Below are positions 42,210-49,858 of a stretch of DNA of 64,000 nucleotides, one piece after another. The stretch is taken from positions 642,189 through 706,188 of the forward strand of contig OZ253667.1 of assembly GCA_965263235.1 (NCBI GenBank). Reading direction: 5' to 3'. The position numbers were made by a program, and so were the translations under genes. Under the pieces are notes generated by a model. The model was given only the letters and a program-made list of their open reading frames with translations. It was not told the DNA's origin and ran no database searches. The stretch is from Pseudomonadales bacterium. Lineage in GTDB: Bacteria > Pseudomonadota > Gammaproteobacteria > Pseudomonadales > UBA7434. The first letter of the stretch is position 1. The number at the start of each line of letters is the position of its first letter.

Positions 42210-43301
42210 ATGTATGACCCCACAAAACCTTATTACGATCTGCCGAAGCTGCCGCCAGCGCAATCGCTGGAATCACTGGAGCTGTACAAGTCTTTGCTGC
42301 CTGCATCGGAGGCATTGGCAAAGCTTTCAGCTACGGCAGAGCACCTACCTAACCAGGCTGCGCTATACCAGAGTGTGATTCTGCTTGAAGCAAAAGCTTC
42401 GTCAGAGATTGAGCAGGTCATTACGACAGATGAAAAACTGTTTAGCAGTGACCCAGCCCAGCACGCTACGGACCCTATGACTAAAGAAGTACTGAGTTAT
42501 GGAGAGGCCATTCACTGTGGAATGCAAAGTGATAGGCCCATTTGTACGCCGCTTATCGAAGAGATTTGTACAATTATCAAAGGCATGGAGATGCAGGTTA
42601 GAAAGGTGCCAGGCACATCGCTCAAGCGTCCCTCAACTGGTGAAATCGTATATACACCACCCGATGGCGAGAAACTGTTGAGAGATTTACTTGATAATTT
42701 GTTTGGTTGGATGAACGACAATGATGGCGTTCATCCCATCATTAAGGCCGCTATCGCACATTACCAGTTTGAGTCGATACATCCCTTTACCGATGGAAAT
42801 GGCCGGAGTGGTCGAATTATGGTGGTGCTTTATTTGGTGGAGCAAAAATTGCTGACTTCTCCAGTCTTGTTTTTATCGGGTGAAATTCTTGCTGATAAAA
42901 AAAGCTACTATTCGCTGCTTCAGTCTACTAGAGAGGATAACGATTTTATCCCTTATCTAATTTGGTTTGCGAATGTTGTACATCGAGCGTCGTTACAATC
43001 AACGATCCGAGCCTATAACGTGCGGCTTGCGATGCAGGAAGTTAAGCATGAACTAAGAGCTCTAGATTCAAAAATGTACTCACAAGATTTAGTTAATACA
43101 ATGTTTAGAGGGCCTATTATATTTGCCAACCAACTGGTCGAGCGTGACATAGTTGGGAGCATATCGACGGCACATACTTATTTAAGAAAGCTTGAGTCAG
43201 CTGGATTGTTAGTGAAATCGGACAGGAAATACCATCGCAAAACAGGGTACATCAATACTCGGTTGTTGAACGCATTAAGCGGGGAAATTGATCTGGGTTA
43301 A
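42210..43301 (+). CDS. Fic family protein (AMPylase-type active site, Fic_N-type N-terminus)
   Basis: It has the active-site motif HPFTDGNGRSGR and the N-terminus MYDPTKPYYDLPKLPP typical of Fic_N proteins. An inhibitory-helix-like ASSEIEQV is present. The ORF is open from a TTG at 42135, but the ATG at 42210 fits the family N-terminus. Confidence 0.88.
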   Translation: MYDPTKPYYDLPKLPPAQSLESLELYKSLLPASEALAKLSATAEHLPNQAALYQSVILLEAKASSEIEQVITTDEKLFSSDPAQHATDPMTKEVLSYGEAIHCGMQSDRPICTPLIEEICTIIKGMEMQVRKVPGTSLKRPSTGEIVYTPPDGEKLLRDLLDNLFGWMNDNDGVHPIIKAAIAHYQFESIHPFTDGNGRSGRIMVVLYLVEQKLLTSPVLFLSGEILADKKSYYSLLQSTREDNDFIPYLIWFANVVHRASLQSTIRAYNVRLAMQEVKHELRALDSKMYSQDLVNTMFRGPIIFANQLVERDIVGSISTAHTYLRKLESAGLLVKSDRKYHRKTGYINTRLLNALSGEIDLG

Positions 43302-43315
43302 AGGGGGTAATAACT

Positions 43316-43546
43316 ATGGTAAGCAAACTAAAATCTAAAACCAACAATCCTGTCGCTAAGCAGGCCAGGCGGTTTAATAAATCAGTGGTTTTTAAAGACC
43401 GTAAACAATCCCATAAACGGGGTTATATTAAACACAAAGGGCGTCAATACGAGCGCCCTTGTTTTTTGGTGGGACGGCGGGAGTTGATATTGATTTATAG
43501 GAACCTGATAAGAAGATATACCCCTAAAACCTATTTTCTAGCCTAA
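43316..43546 (+). CDS. small basic protein, candidate alternative ribosome-rescue factor ArfA-like (likely made from a non-stop transcript)
   Basis: A strong SD (aagggggtaataactATG) lies 14 nt after the fic stop. The basic sequence NNPVAKQARRFNKSVVFKDRKQSHKRGYIKHKGR loosely parallels the ArfA core (..[22 protein letters not shown]). An intrinsic terminator lies inside the ORF at codons ~41-51. The 3' tail overlaps the convergent nuclease gene. Confidence 0.5.
   Translation: MVSKLKSKTNNPVAKQARRFNKSVVFKDRKQSHKRGYIKHKGRQYERPCFLVGRRELILIYRNLIRRYTPKTYFLA
43437..43467 (+). terminator. intrinsic terminator located inside the ArfA-like ORF
   Basis: A 7-bp stem aagggcg / cgccctt with a 10-nt loop is followed by gTTTTTT. 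Confidence 0.65.
43467..43487. repeat. partial copy of the ssrA 3' end (att-like core)
   Basis: tggtgggacggcgggagttga compares with tggtggagacggcgggagttga at the true ssrA 3' end (47624-47645). The match extends into the preceding T-run. Confidence 0.75.
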
Positions 43547-44536
43547 ATCGGCGACATAAATCTGCTTGAGAGGGAGTATCGATCTGTATTTCGGGAGCAT
43601 GCTTGGGTAGTGCTCAAGAATCAAATCAACCAGTTCTTCGCCGTCAATCAATCGCAGTTTAGGTTTGTTGCGTTCCAGCAATCTGGCTGGTCGTGAGTAG
43701 GAGCCTAGATTTACGAATAAGCCATACTCTCCTTCGCCCAGTGAGCCTAACAATTGGTTTACTTCGGGCTCACCATTTGATGTGAGCGATTTTTTGCACT
43801 GCACTTTGATGATGGGCGGCTCGAATCCGAGTTCATCACTGTGGGCGATGACATCGACACCGCCATCACCGCTTTTGGACGATACTCTGGCTTTGTAGCC
43901 CATACATTCCAACAGGTGCGCGACGAAGTATTCAAACTCGTAACCATCGAGTTTGGCGTGCAGTTGCTTAATAATAAAATCCTCTGTTGTTTGCTGAGCT
44001 TGAAAAGAAATGGTTTCAGTGATGCTCTCATCGTCGGCAGTTTCATCATCACTAACATCTCTAGTTGTGCTGTTTGCGAGCCCAATTTTGGTTAAAAACT
44101 CTTGCGAGTGAGTTTTTACCGCAAAGAGCGTTAATGCAGAGCCAATTTCGTTTAAAGCTGACTGGCTAAATTCATTGCGTTCAAAGTGGCCAAGCCATTC
44201 TACCTGTCTGTGATTGGTATAGTCGTGTGGGTCGTCTGCAACGTAAATGTAATCACTAGTTACTCTCCCGATATTAACCACACGATCCTTGGACGGATAT
44301 ATAACAATATCCCCCTGTTTTATCTCGTTAACAAATCTAAATAACACGCCAGCGTTTTGCGGGATCGCACCTTTTTTTGATTCGGGCAGTGCTTTACTGA
44401 GAGCTTCTTTTAAGCTTTCTCTAGACACTGAGTATTGTTTTAAATCGCCAAGCTGTTCCCAACCTATACCAACATAATTGTTGTCTATGGGAGCCGATCC
44501 AGCTTTTTCTCCCATATGTATTCCCCAGACGTTCAT
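43538..44536 (-). CDS. Mrr-catalytic-domain restriction endonuclease with unassigned N-terminal domain
   Basis: 332 aa. The C-terminal Mrr_cat pattern is FEYFVAHLLECMGYKARVSSKSGDGGVDVIAH...IIKVQCKK. The N-terminal ~150 aa (WGIHMGEKAG...VGIGWEQLGDL...IKQGDIVIY) is not the Mrr winged-helix N-domain. A strong SD (aaggaagg) lies 13 nt after the upstream gene's stop. Confidence 0.85.
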   Translation of the reverse strand: MNVWGIHMGEKAGSAPIDNNYVGIGWEQLGDLKQYSVSRESLKEALSKALPESKKGAIPQNAGVLFRFVNEIKQGDIVIYPSKDRVVNIGRVTSDYIYVADDPHDYTNHRQVEWLGHFERNEFSQSALNEIGSALTLFAVKTHSQEFLTKIGLANSTTRDVSDDETADDESITETISFQAQQTTEDFIIKQLHAKLDGYEFEYFVAHLLECMGYKARVSSKSGDGGVDVIAHSDELGFEPPIIKVQCKKSLTSNGEPEVNQLLGSLGEGEYGLFVNLGSYSRPARLLERNKPKLRLIDGEELVDLILEHYPSMLPKYRSILPLKQIYVADLG

Positions 44537-44549
44537 TTTTTCCTTCCTT

Positions 44550-47312
44550 TTAACTGGTTGATGAAGTTTTCTTTCTTGCTTTTCGCTTTGGCTTTTCTTG
44601 TTTAGGCAAAAGGCTCGTGTATTGCTGATAGAGATTAAATAAAAAAGCTACGCGCTCAGCTTCTGATTTAAAACTGCGTTTTCCGTAGGCGGCGTCTACC
44701 GCTTTGTCGAGTGCTTGATGTGCTTTAAATAGAGCAGGAGGCATAGTTAGCGGGTCGTATAGGTCAGCCAAAGTCGAATCAGGGAATTGGTCGCGAGCAT
44801 CTAAAACTGCTTGGGCTTTTTCTTCAATTGCGGCTTTCTGTTTTACAGTTGGGGCTGGCGGCCAGGGGAAATTATTGTAAACAATATCTTTGGAATATCT
44901 GTAACGACTCTCTAGTCTTCCACATACGGCTCTTACCCATGAATTGTGCATCGTTGAAAGGAGTAAGCCCAAATGGTATGCGCTTGCGCTTGGGACGATT
45001 TTTACTAAATTGCTACAAAACGTTTCAGGTTGCTCGAAACCGATGGGGATAAATTGCCTTCTTTCGGATGAAACTTCGGGAACTATTAGATATGTATCAG
45101 AAGGTATGTTTTCTACATGAAATCTTGTGGGTGTGGCCGCCAATTTCTGTGTTGGATGGCTCTTGCTTGCTAACCTAACCGCTTTGACGGCTTCTACACG
45201 CTTTAAAGCCTCTGGCATTTTTTTTAGTTCATTTGGCGGGCATTCGCCCAACCACAAACACCAACGCTCATAACCATTAATAAACTCGTGAGCACCCAGC
45301 CAGCGTTTAAACCATCTTTCGGACAGAGGTTCTGTTTTTATAAACGCTTCTTTTTCCTCGGTGGTGAACAAGTAATTGCCACCATCAATTGGTTTATTGC
45401 CAATGCCTATCTCGGGGACGTTGCAAATAGGTTTTGCCCGTCTCGTTAAGACTACGTTAGCAGCGTCTACTAGATAGGGGTTGATGTTTTTTATTTCAAG
45501 TTCTAGTGGATCGCCTTTAATGTCTTCATATTCAAAAAGCCTTTTTTTGGTGGGGTATCGTTTGCTAAATCCCACAATAACACAATGGACGGCAGCGTTG
45601 TTTGCGGCTTCATTACTCCAGCAAAAGGTTCTATGAGCAAAGTCTATGGCAATTTCTTTTGCTAATAGATACCCCCACAGCACACCAACTTGCTCCCCTA
45701 AGCATATTGAGTTAGTAGAAACGAATGCACACGCAACGTTTTTATTCTCAGCTAGATATTCAGATGCTTTAATATACCAAGCTGCCACTAAATCAAGTAA
45801 GCCAGAGTTTTTTATACCTTTCAATACTAATGCCGTATCTTTTCTCTGTTCAGAATCAAGATACTTTGCGCCCACAAATGGTGGATTGCCAAAAATAAAG
45901 TTTGTTCTAGGTTTGGGTAACACATCTTCCCAGTCCATAGTCAGCGCATTGCCGCATTCAACTCTAGCCGACGATTTCAGTGGTATCCGCGCAAAATACA
46001 AACCAAACTCTTCAGAAACTAACAGATTCATTTGGTGATCCATCAACCACAATGCAACCTGTGCAATTTGAGCAGGAAATTCTTCAATCTCTATGCCATA
46101 AAACTGGTCAACGTCCAACTGCAACATAGAATGAATATCAAAAGTCTGCTGACCACTTTCACTCGATGCTCTTAAAATCTCTAGCTCAAGTGTTCGTAAT
46201 TCTCTGTAAGCAATTACCAGGAAGTTTCCGCAGCCACAAGCTGGGTCAAAAAAAGTAAGTGTTCGGAGCTTTTTATGAAATTCAAAAAGCTTGTTCTTGT
46301 TATTCTTGACTTTTTCGAACTCAGCTCGTAGATCATCCATGAAAAGCGGATTTATTAGCTTGAGGATGTTTTTTTCGCTGGTGTAGTGTGCTCCAAGGTT
46401 TCGCCGTTTCTTCTTATCCATGATTGATTGAAATAGCGAGCCGAATATTGCGGGCGATATAAGGCTCCAATCCAGCGCGCAGCAATCGAGCAATGCCTGG
46501 CGCATGGCTGTGTCGAAAGCTGCAATCGGCAAAGACTCTTCGAAGAGTTTGCCATTGATATATTCAAAGGCTGCGAGTTGTTCATCACGATTACTAAGGC
46601 GCTTTTCGTGTGGTGTATTCAGAACCTGGAAAATGGTGCTCAAGTGCATGGCTAAATCTGAACCATCTTCGGCTGTTCGGTCGATAATGTAGCTTTCGAA
46701 CTGTTGCTGCTCAAAGATCCCTGTGTCTTCTGCGAACATACAAAACAGCAGTCGCACAAGATAGACTTCTAAAACATGCCCTTCGTATCCAGACTCCTTC
46801 ATTTGGTCGTGCAGCTTACCCATAGCTTCCGCTGCCTCAATGTTGACGGGATCTTGTTCTTTGATTTTGTGAGTTTGGTAACCCGCTATAAAGCCGAATA
46901 GATTTATATTGTTGTGTAGTTCTTCCAGCGAAAACTCGGTCTGTGTGTCTTCGTCCAGATCGTAGAGGCGAAACTTCGCAAAGTCGGAAACAATCACATA
47001 GCGCGGTAAATCACGCTCCTTGAGTCCCTCGAAGTAGGAAAGGGCTTGTTCGCGGGCACTGTCTAAGTCTTTTCCTCGCGATTTATGTTCTATCAGTAAC
47101 TTACCCTTCCAAAGCAAGTCGATATAGCCATCTTTGCCATCAATCTTTTTAACGTGGGTTTCAAATGTTGCGATTCGGCGGCGAGTGACGCCGAAGATAT
47201 TGAAAAAACCGTCCCAAAAGCTTTTGGCTTCGGCATGTTCTGACGATTCCTCCGCCCAATCCTTTGAGAATTGAAATGCGCGTGATCTGATCTCGTTCCA
47301 GCTCAGAGGCAT
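44550..47312 (-). CDS. MmeI-family type IIL (IIG) restriction-modification enzyme (fused nuclease, m6A methyltransferase and TRD)
   Basis: 920 aa, collinear with my recollection of MmeI (about 919 aa). The N-terminus is LSWNEIRSRAFQFSKDW and the PD-ExK motif is IDLLWKGKLLIEHKSRGKDL. SAM motif I is FFDPACGCGNFLV and motif IV is GNPPFVG. It also has the conserved C-terminal GRLESRYRYS and LYDPLTMPPAL. Confidence 0.9.
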   Translation of the reverse strand: MPLSWNEIRSRAFQFSKDWAEESSEHAEAKSFWDGFFNIFGVTRRRIATFETHVKKIDGKDGYIDLLWKGKLLIEHKSRGKDLDSAREQALSYFEGLKERDLPRYVIVSDFAKFRLYDLDEDTQTEFSLEELHNNINLFGFIAGYQTHKIKEQDPVNIEAAEAMGKLHDQMKESGYEGHVLEVYLVRLLFCMFAEDTGIFEQQQFESYIIDRTAEDGSDLAMHLSTIFQVLNTPHEKRLSNRDEQLAAFEYINGKLFEESLPIAAFDTAMRQALLDCCALDWSLISPAIFGSLFQSIMDKKKRRNLGAHYTSEKNILKLINPLFMDDLRAEFEKVKNNKNKLFEFHKKLRTLTFFDPACGCGNFLVIAYRELRTLELEILRASSESGQQTFDIHSMLQLDVDQFYGIEIEEFPAQIAQVALWLMDHQMNLLVSEEFGLYFARIPLKSSARVECGNALTMDWEDVLPKPRTNFIFGNPPFVGAKYLDSEQRKDTALVLKGIKNSGLLDLVAAWYIKASEYLAENKNVACAFVSTNSICLGEQVGVLWGYLLAKEIAIDFAHRTFCWSNEAANNAAVHCVIVGFSKRYPTKKRLFEYEDIKGDPLELEIKNINPYLVDAANVVLTRRAKPICNVPEIGIGNKPIDGGNYLFTTEEKEAFIKTEPLSERWFKRWLGAHEFINGYERWCLWLGECPPNELKKMPEALKRVEAVKAVRLASKSHPTQKLAATPTRFHVENIPSDTYLIVPEVSSERRQFIPIGFEQPETFCSNLVKIVPSASAYHLGLLLSTMHNSWVRAVCGRLESRYRYSKDIVYNNFPWPPAPTVKQKAAIEEKAQAVLDARDQFPDSTLADLYDPLTMPPALFKAHQALDKAVDAAYGKRSFKSEAERVAFLFNLYQQYTSLLPKQEKPKRKARKKTSSTS

Positions 47313-47460
47313 AGGCTTTTGCGTGTCCTTAAATATAAAATTGTTTGAATTTTGACTCCAGTTTGCATTGTATTATTAAGCCCCGAAAGACCCTAGTACA
47401 TATTTTTAGGGAAGGTGTTTAGGGTCGAGGTAAAACTTGTCACACAAGACAAACAAAGGA

Positions 47461-47471
47461 ACGGCGGGAGT
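47461..47471. repeat. 11-nt partial copy of the ssrA 3' core
   Basis: acggcgggagt is identical to 47632-47642 inside ssrA. It lies exactly at the left edge of the right ~170-nt repeat. Confidence 0.5.
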
Positions 47472-47637
47472 GTATGAAACACCTCCTGTGTTTCACCCTT
47501 CGGGCGCCTTACGGGCGCGCTAAATCGCTCCAGGCGATTTGGTGAGCCCGCTTCTTGTGTTCATCTGTCGCAAACCTCGGCCAATAAAAAACCCCAACCG
47601 GAAAACGGTTGAGGTTTGTTTTTTGGTGGAGACGGCG
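47466..47637. repeat. right copy of the ~170-nt direct repeat (runs into the authentic ssrA 3' end)
   Basis: See 41790-41958. It contains the ssrA terminator ccccaaccg-gaaaa-cggttgagg (47592-47614). Confidence 0.85.
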
Positions 47638-47980
47638 GGAGTTGAACCCGCGTCCGTCAGTCCTCTGCCATCGGCTCTACATGCTTAGATCCGCCTATTA
47701 ATTTTATCTCTCTCGGCCCAGCGGTCGGGGTGATGAGAGACGAGCCCGGTAAAAGGTTTCGCGCATTGGCCCCGAACGTGTCGCTGCGCTAGCTTGTTCT
47801 GTATGACAGTCACTTCTTGTTTACAAGCATCCAATGGTGACTGCTAGCAGGGTTTAAGCCGCTAGAGCGTAGTTTTCGTCGTTGGCAACTATAAAGTTAC
47901 AGCGATTGTTTTACGAGAGTCACTACCCTCTCGGCATGCACCTTTGGTTTCGTAACCGGCGTCGAATCCAGATCGTCCCC
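47624..47980 (-). ncRNA. ssrA: tmRNA (transfer-messenger RNA)
   Basis: On the minus strand the 5' end reads GGGGACGATCTGGATTCGACGCCGG and the 3' end reads GGACGCGGGTTCAACTCCCGCCGTCTCCACCA. The internal tag reading frame encodes ANDENYALAA followed by a stop. Confidence 0.96.
47854..47886 (-). other. tmRNA tag-peptide reading frame (ANDENYALAA plus stop)
   Basis: The minus-strand sequence is GCC AAC GAC GAA AAC TAC GCT CTA GCG GCT TAA. Confidence 0.9.
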
Positions 47981-48071
47981 AATGTGTCATCTAATTATAA
48001 CGCAACTGTTAAGACAGCGAGTTGGGCTGTGGGTTCTATTTGCGTGGTTTATCGCACAGTGTGATAAATGC

Positions 48072-49133
48072 TTATAGTTGCAGCCATTCGGGGACAGGTA
48101 AGCCTTTGTTTTCCAGGAAAACTGGATTGAATAGCTTACTTTGGTAGCGGGTGCCGTAATCGCAGAGAATAGTGACGATGGTGTGACCGGGCCCCAGATC
48201 TTTGGCGAGTGCGATGGCGCCAGCGACGTTTACACCGGATGAACTGCCAAGGCACAGCCCCTCATGTTGTAGAAGGTCGAAAATAATCGTTAATGCTTCA
48301 TGGTCGCTAATCTGGTAGGCAAAATCAATTTCCGCATCGGCGAGGTTGGGGGTTATGTGGCTGATGCCAATGCCCTCTGTGATTGATGAGCCTTCGGATC
48401 GGAGTTCGCCATCTTTATAAAAATGGAATAACGATGATCCCATTGGGTCGGCAATGCCAATTTTGATGTCTTTATTATGTTCTTTGAGTCGCTGCGAGAC
48501 GCCACCTAACGTTCCGCCTGTGCCAACCGCGCAACAAAACCCGTCTATCTTGCCTTCCGTTTGGGCGATGATTTCTTCGGCTGTAGTTTGATAGTGAATG
48601 TCGCGATTGGCGGTGTTGCCAAATTGATTGGCCCAAATGGCGTTACCTGAGCTTGCGTTAAGCTCCTCGGCAATGCGTTTGGCGGTATGTGTGTAATGAT
48701 TAGGGTCGTCGTAAGATGTTGCCCCAACAAGGCGCAAATCTGCACCAATCATTTCGAGCATGTCGATTTTTTCTTTGCTTTGTGTCATTGGCATGACAAT
48801 AACGGATTTATAGCCGCGTGCATTCGCTAACAAAGTTAGCCCAATACCTGTGTTGCCTGCAGTGCCTTCGACGATGGTGCCACCTGGTGCTAGATCGCCG
48901 CTTTTCTCTGCCGCATTTACAATGCCGAGTGCAGTTCGGTCTTTCACAGAGTTACCAGGATTTAAGAATTCCCCTTTGCCGTATATGTTGCAGCCCGTAA
49001 GTTCAGAGGCCGCTTTGAGTTTTACAAGGGGCGTGTTTCCGATGATGTTTGAAAGTGGGTCAACAGTGGTCAAAATGTATTTCCTTGGTGCTAAATGAAC
49101 GCCCGCTGGCTTGCTTATTAATCTGGTGGCCAA
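48072..49133 (-). CDS. PLP-dependent cysteine synthase / cystathionine beta-synthase family protein
   Basis: 353 aa with the PLP-lysine motif NPGNSVKDR, GNTGIG and GTGGTLGG. It has an N-terminal extension relative to classical CysK. Confidence 0.85.
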   Translation of the reverse strand: MATRLISKPAGVHLAPRKYILTTVDPLSNIIGNTPLVKLKAASELTGCNIYGKGEFLNPGNSVKDRTALGIVNAAEKSGDLAPGGTIVEGTAGNTGIGLTLLANARGYKSVIVMPMTQSKEKIDMLEMIGADLRLVGATSYDDPNHYTHTAKRIAEELNASSGNAIWANQFGNTANRDIHYQTTAEEIIAQTEGKIDGFCCAVGTGGTLGGVSQRLKEHNKDIKIGIADPMGSSLFHFYKDGELRSEGSSITEGIGISHITPNLADAEIDFAYQISDHEALTIIFDLLQHEGLCLGSSSGVNVAGAIALAKDLGPGHTIVTILCDYGTRYQSKLFNPVFLENKGLPVPEWLQL

Positions 49134-49579
49134 GTGTATCGTAAATGCGGCTTGAGCGTAGGTGTTAAAGTGGCGCTAACTACCAATACATGGCTGTAGA
49201 GTCTTGACCAGAAAGGCTGTTTGCGTGTAGTTTAGCGGGGCTTGGGTGTGTTTTCTGTCTGTTTGCGAGTTTCTAGCGGAAGTCTTTCTAGTGTTTCCTT
49301 CTAGTCAAAAAATGTCATCTTGGTGTATGCGTCGCCAATGGTTTGCGTTGTCCTGTTTTTTTGGGCAAGGCTGGTCAGAAGTATGGTGTTCGTTTTAATT
49401 AATATATGGGGGCTAGCCGGCAAGTAACTGCAATATTACGTGGGTAGGTTAGAGATAGCTAAAGCGTAGATTTCGTAGGGAAAGCAAAGAAAGGCTTGTA
49501 GAAAACCAAGTGTATTGCCTTTAGGAATGTTATAAGGCTGCGTAAGGTGCAAGAAGAATATTTGTGTTAGAGGTTTAAA

Positions 49580-49789
49580 ATGTCAGATAAAGTAACAGGT
49601 ACAGTGAAGTGGTTTAATGAATCAAAAGGGTTTGGGTTTATCGAGCAGCAATCGGGCCCTGATGTTTTTGTTCATTTTAGCGCGATTAAAATGGATGGCT
49701 TTAAAGCTTTAAAAGATGGTCAGCAAGTAGAATTTAAAATCATCGATGGCCAAAAGGGGCCGCAAGCTGAAGAAGTTATGCCAGTATAG
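49580..49789 (+). CDS. cold-shock protein (CspA family)
   Basis: 69 aa with [15 protein letters not shown] (RNP1) and VFVHFSAI (RNP2). An upstream non-coding region of about 440 nt is consistent with a long csp 5' UTR. Confidence 0.95.
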   Translation: MSDKVTGTVKWFNESKGFGFIEQQSGPDVFVHFSAIKMDGFKALKDGQQVEFKIIDGQKGPQAEEVMPV

Positions 49790-49828
49790 TTTGACCTGTA
49801 CTAGTTAAATACAGCTAGTTAGAAAAAT

Positions 49829-49858
49829 AAAGGCGCTGGTAACAGCGCCTTTATTTTT
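49829..49858. terminator. hairpin terminator between convergent csp and smpB (potentially bidirectional)
   Basis: aaaggcgctg-gtaa-cagcgccttt is flanked by an A-run and a T-run. Confidence 0.7.

Larger units (their letters stand above)
41959..47465. mobile_element. composite integrase-less genomic island at the ssrA 3' end (fic/arfA-like module plus restriction module)
   Basis: It is bounded by the ~170-nt direct repeats and subdivided by partial ssrA 3' core copies at 43467-43487 and 47461-47471. Its cargo is accessory (Fic, RM) and looks more A+T-rich by eye than the flanks. No integrase or transposase is present. Confidence 0.6.

Noticed and set aside
41783-42263. Minus-strand ORFs of 82 aa and 88 aa across the left repeat and the fic leader.
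   Set aside because: They span the non-coding direct repeat/terminator and the operator-like repeats. They have no SD and no conservation with the right repeat copy at the protein level.
47882-48064. A 60-aa plus-strand ORF.
   Set aside because: It lies antisense across the 5' half of the tmRNA gene. The locus is explained by ssrA.
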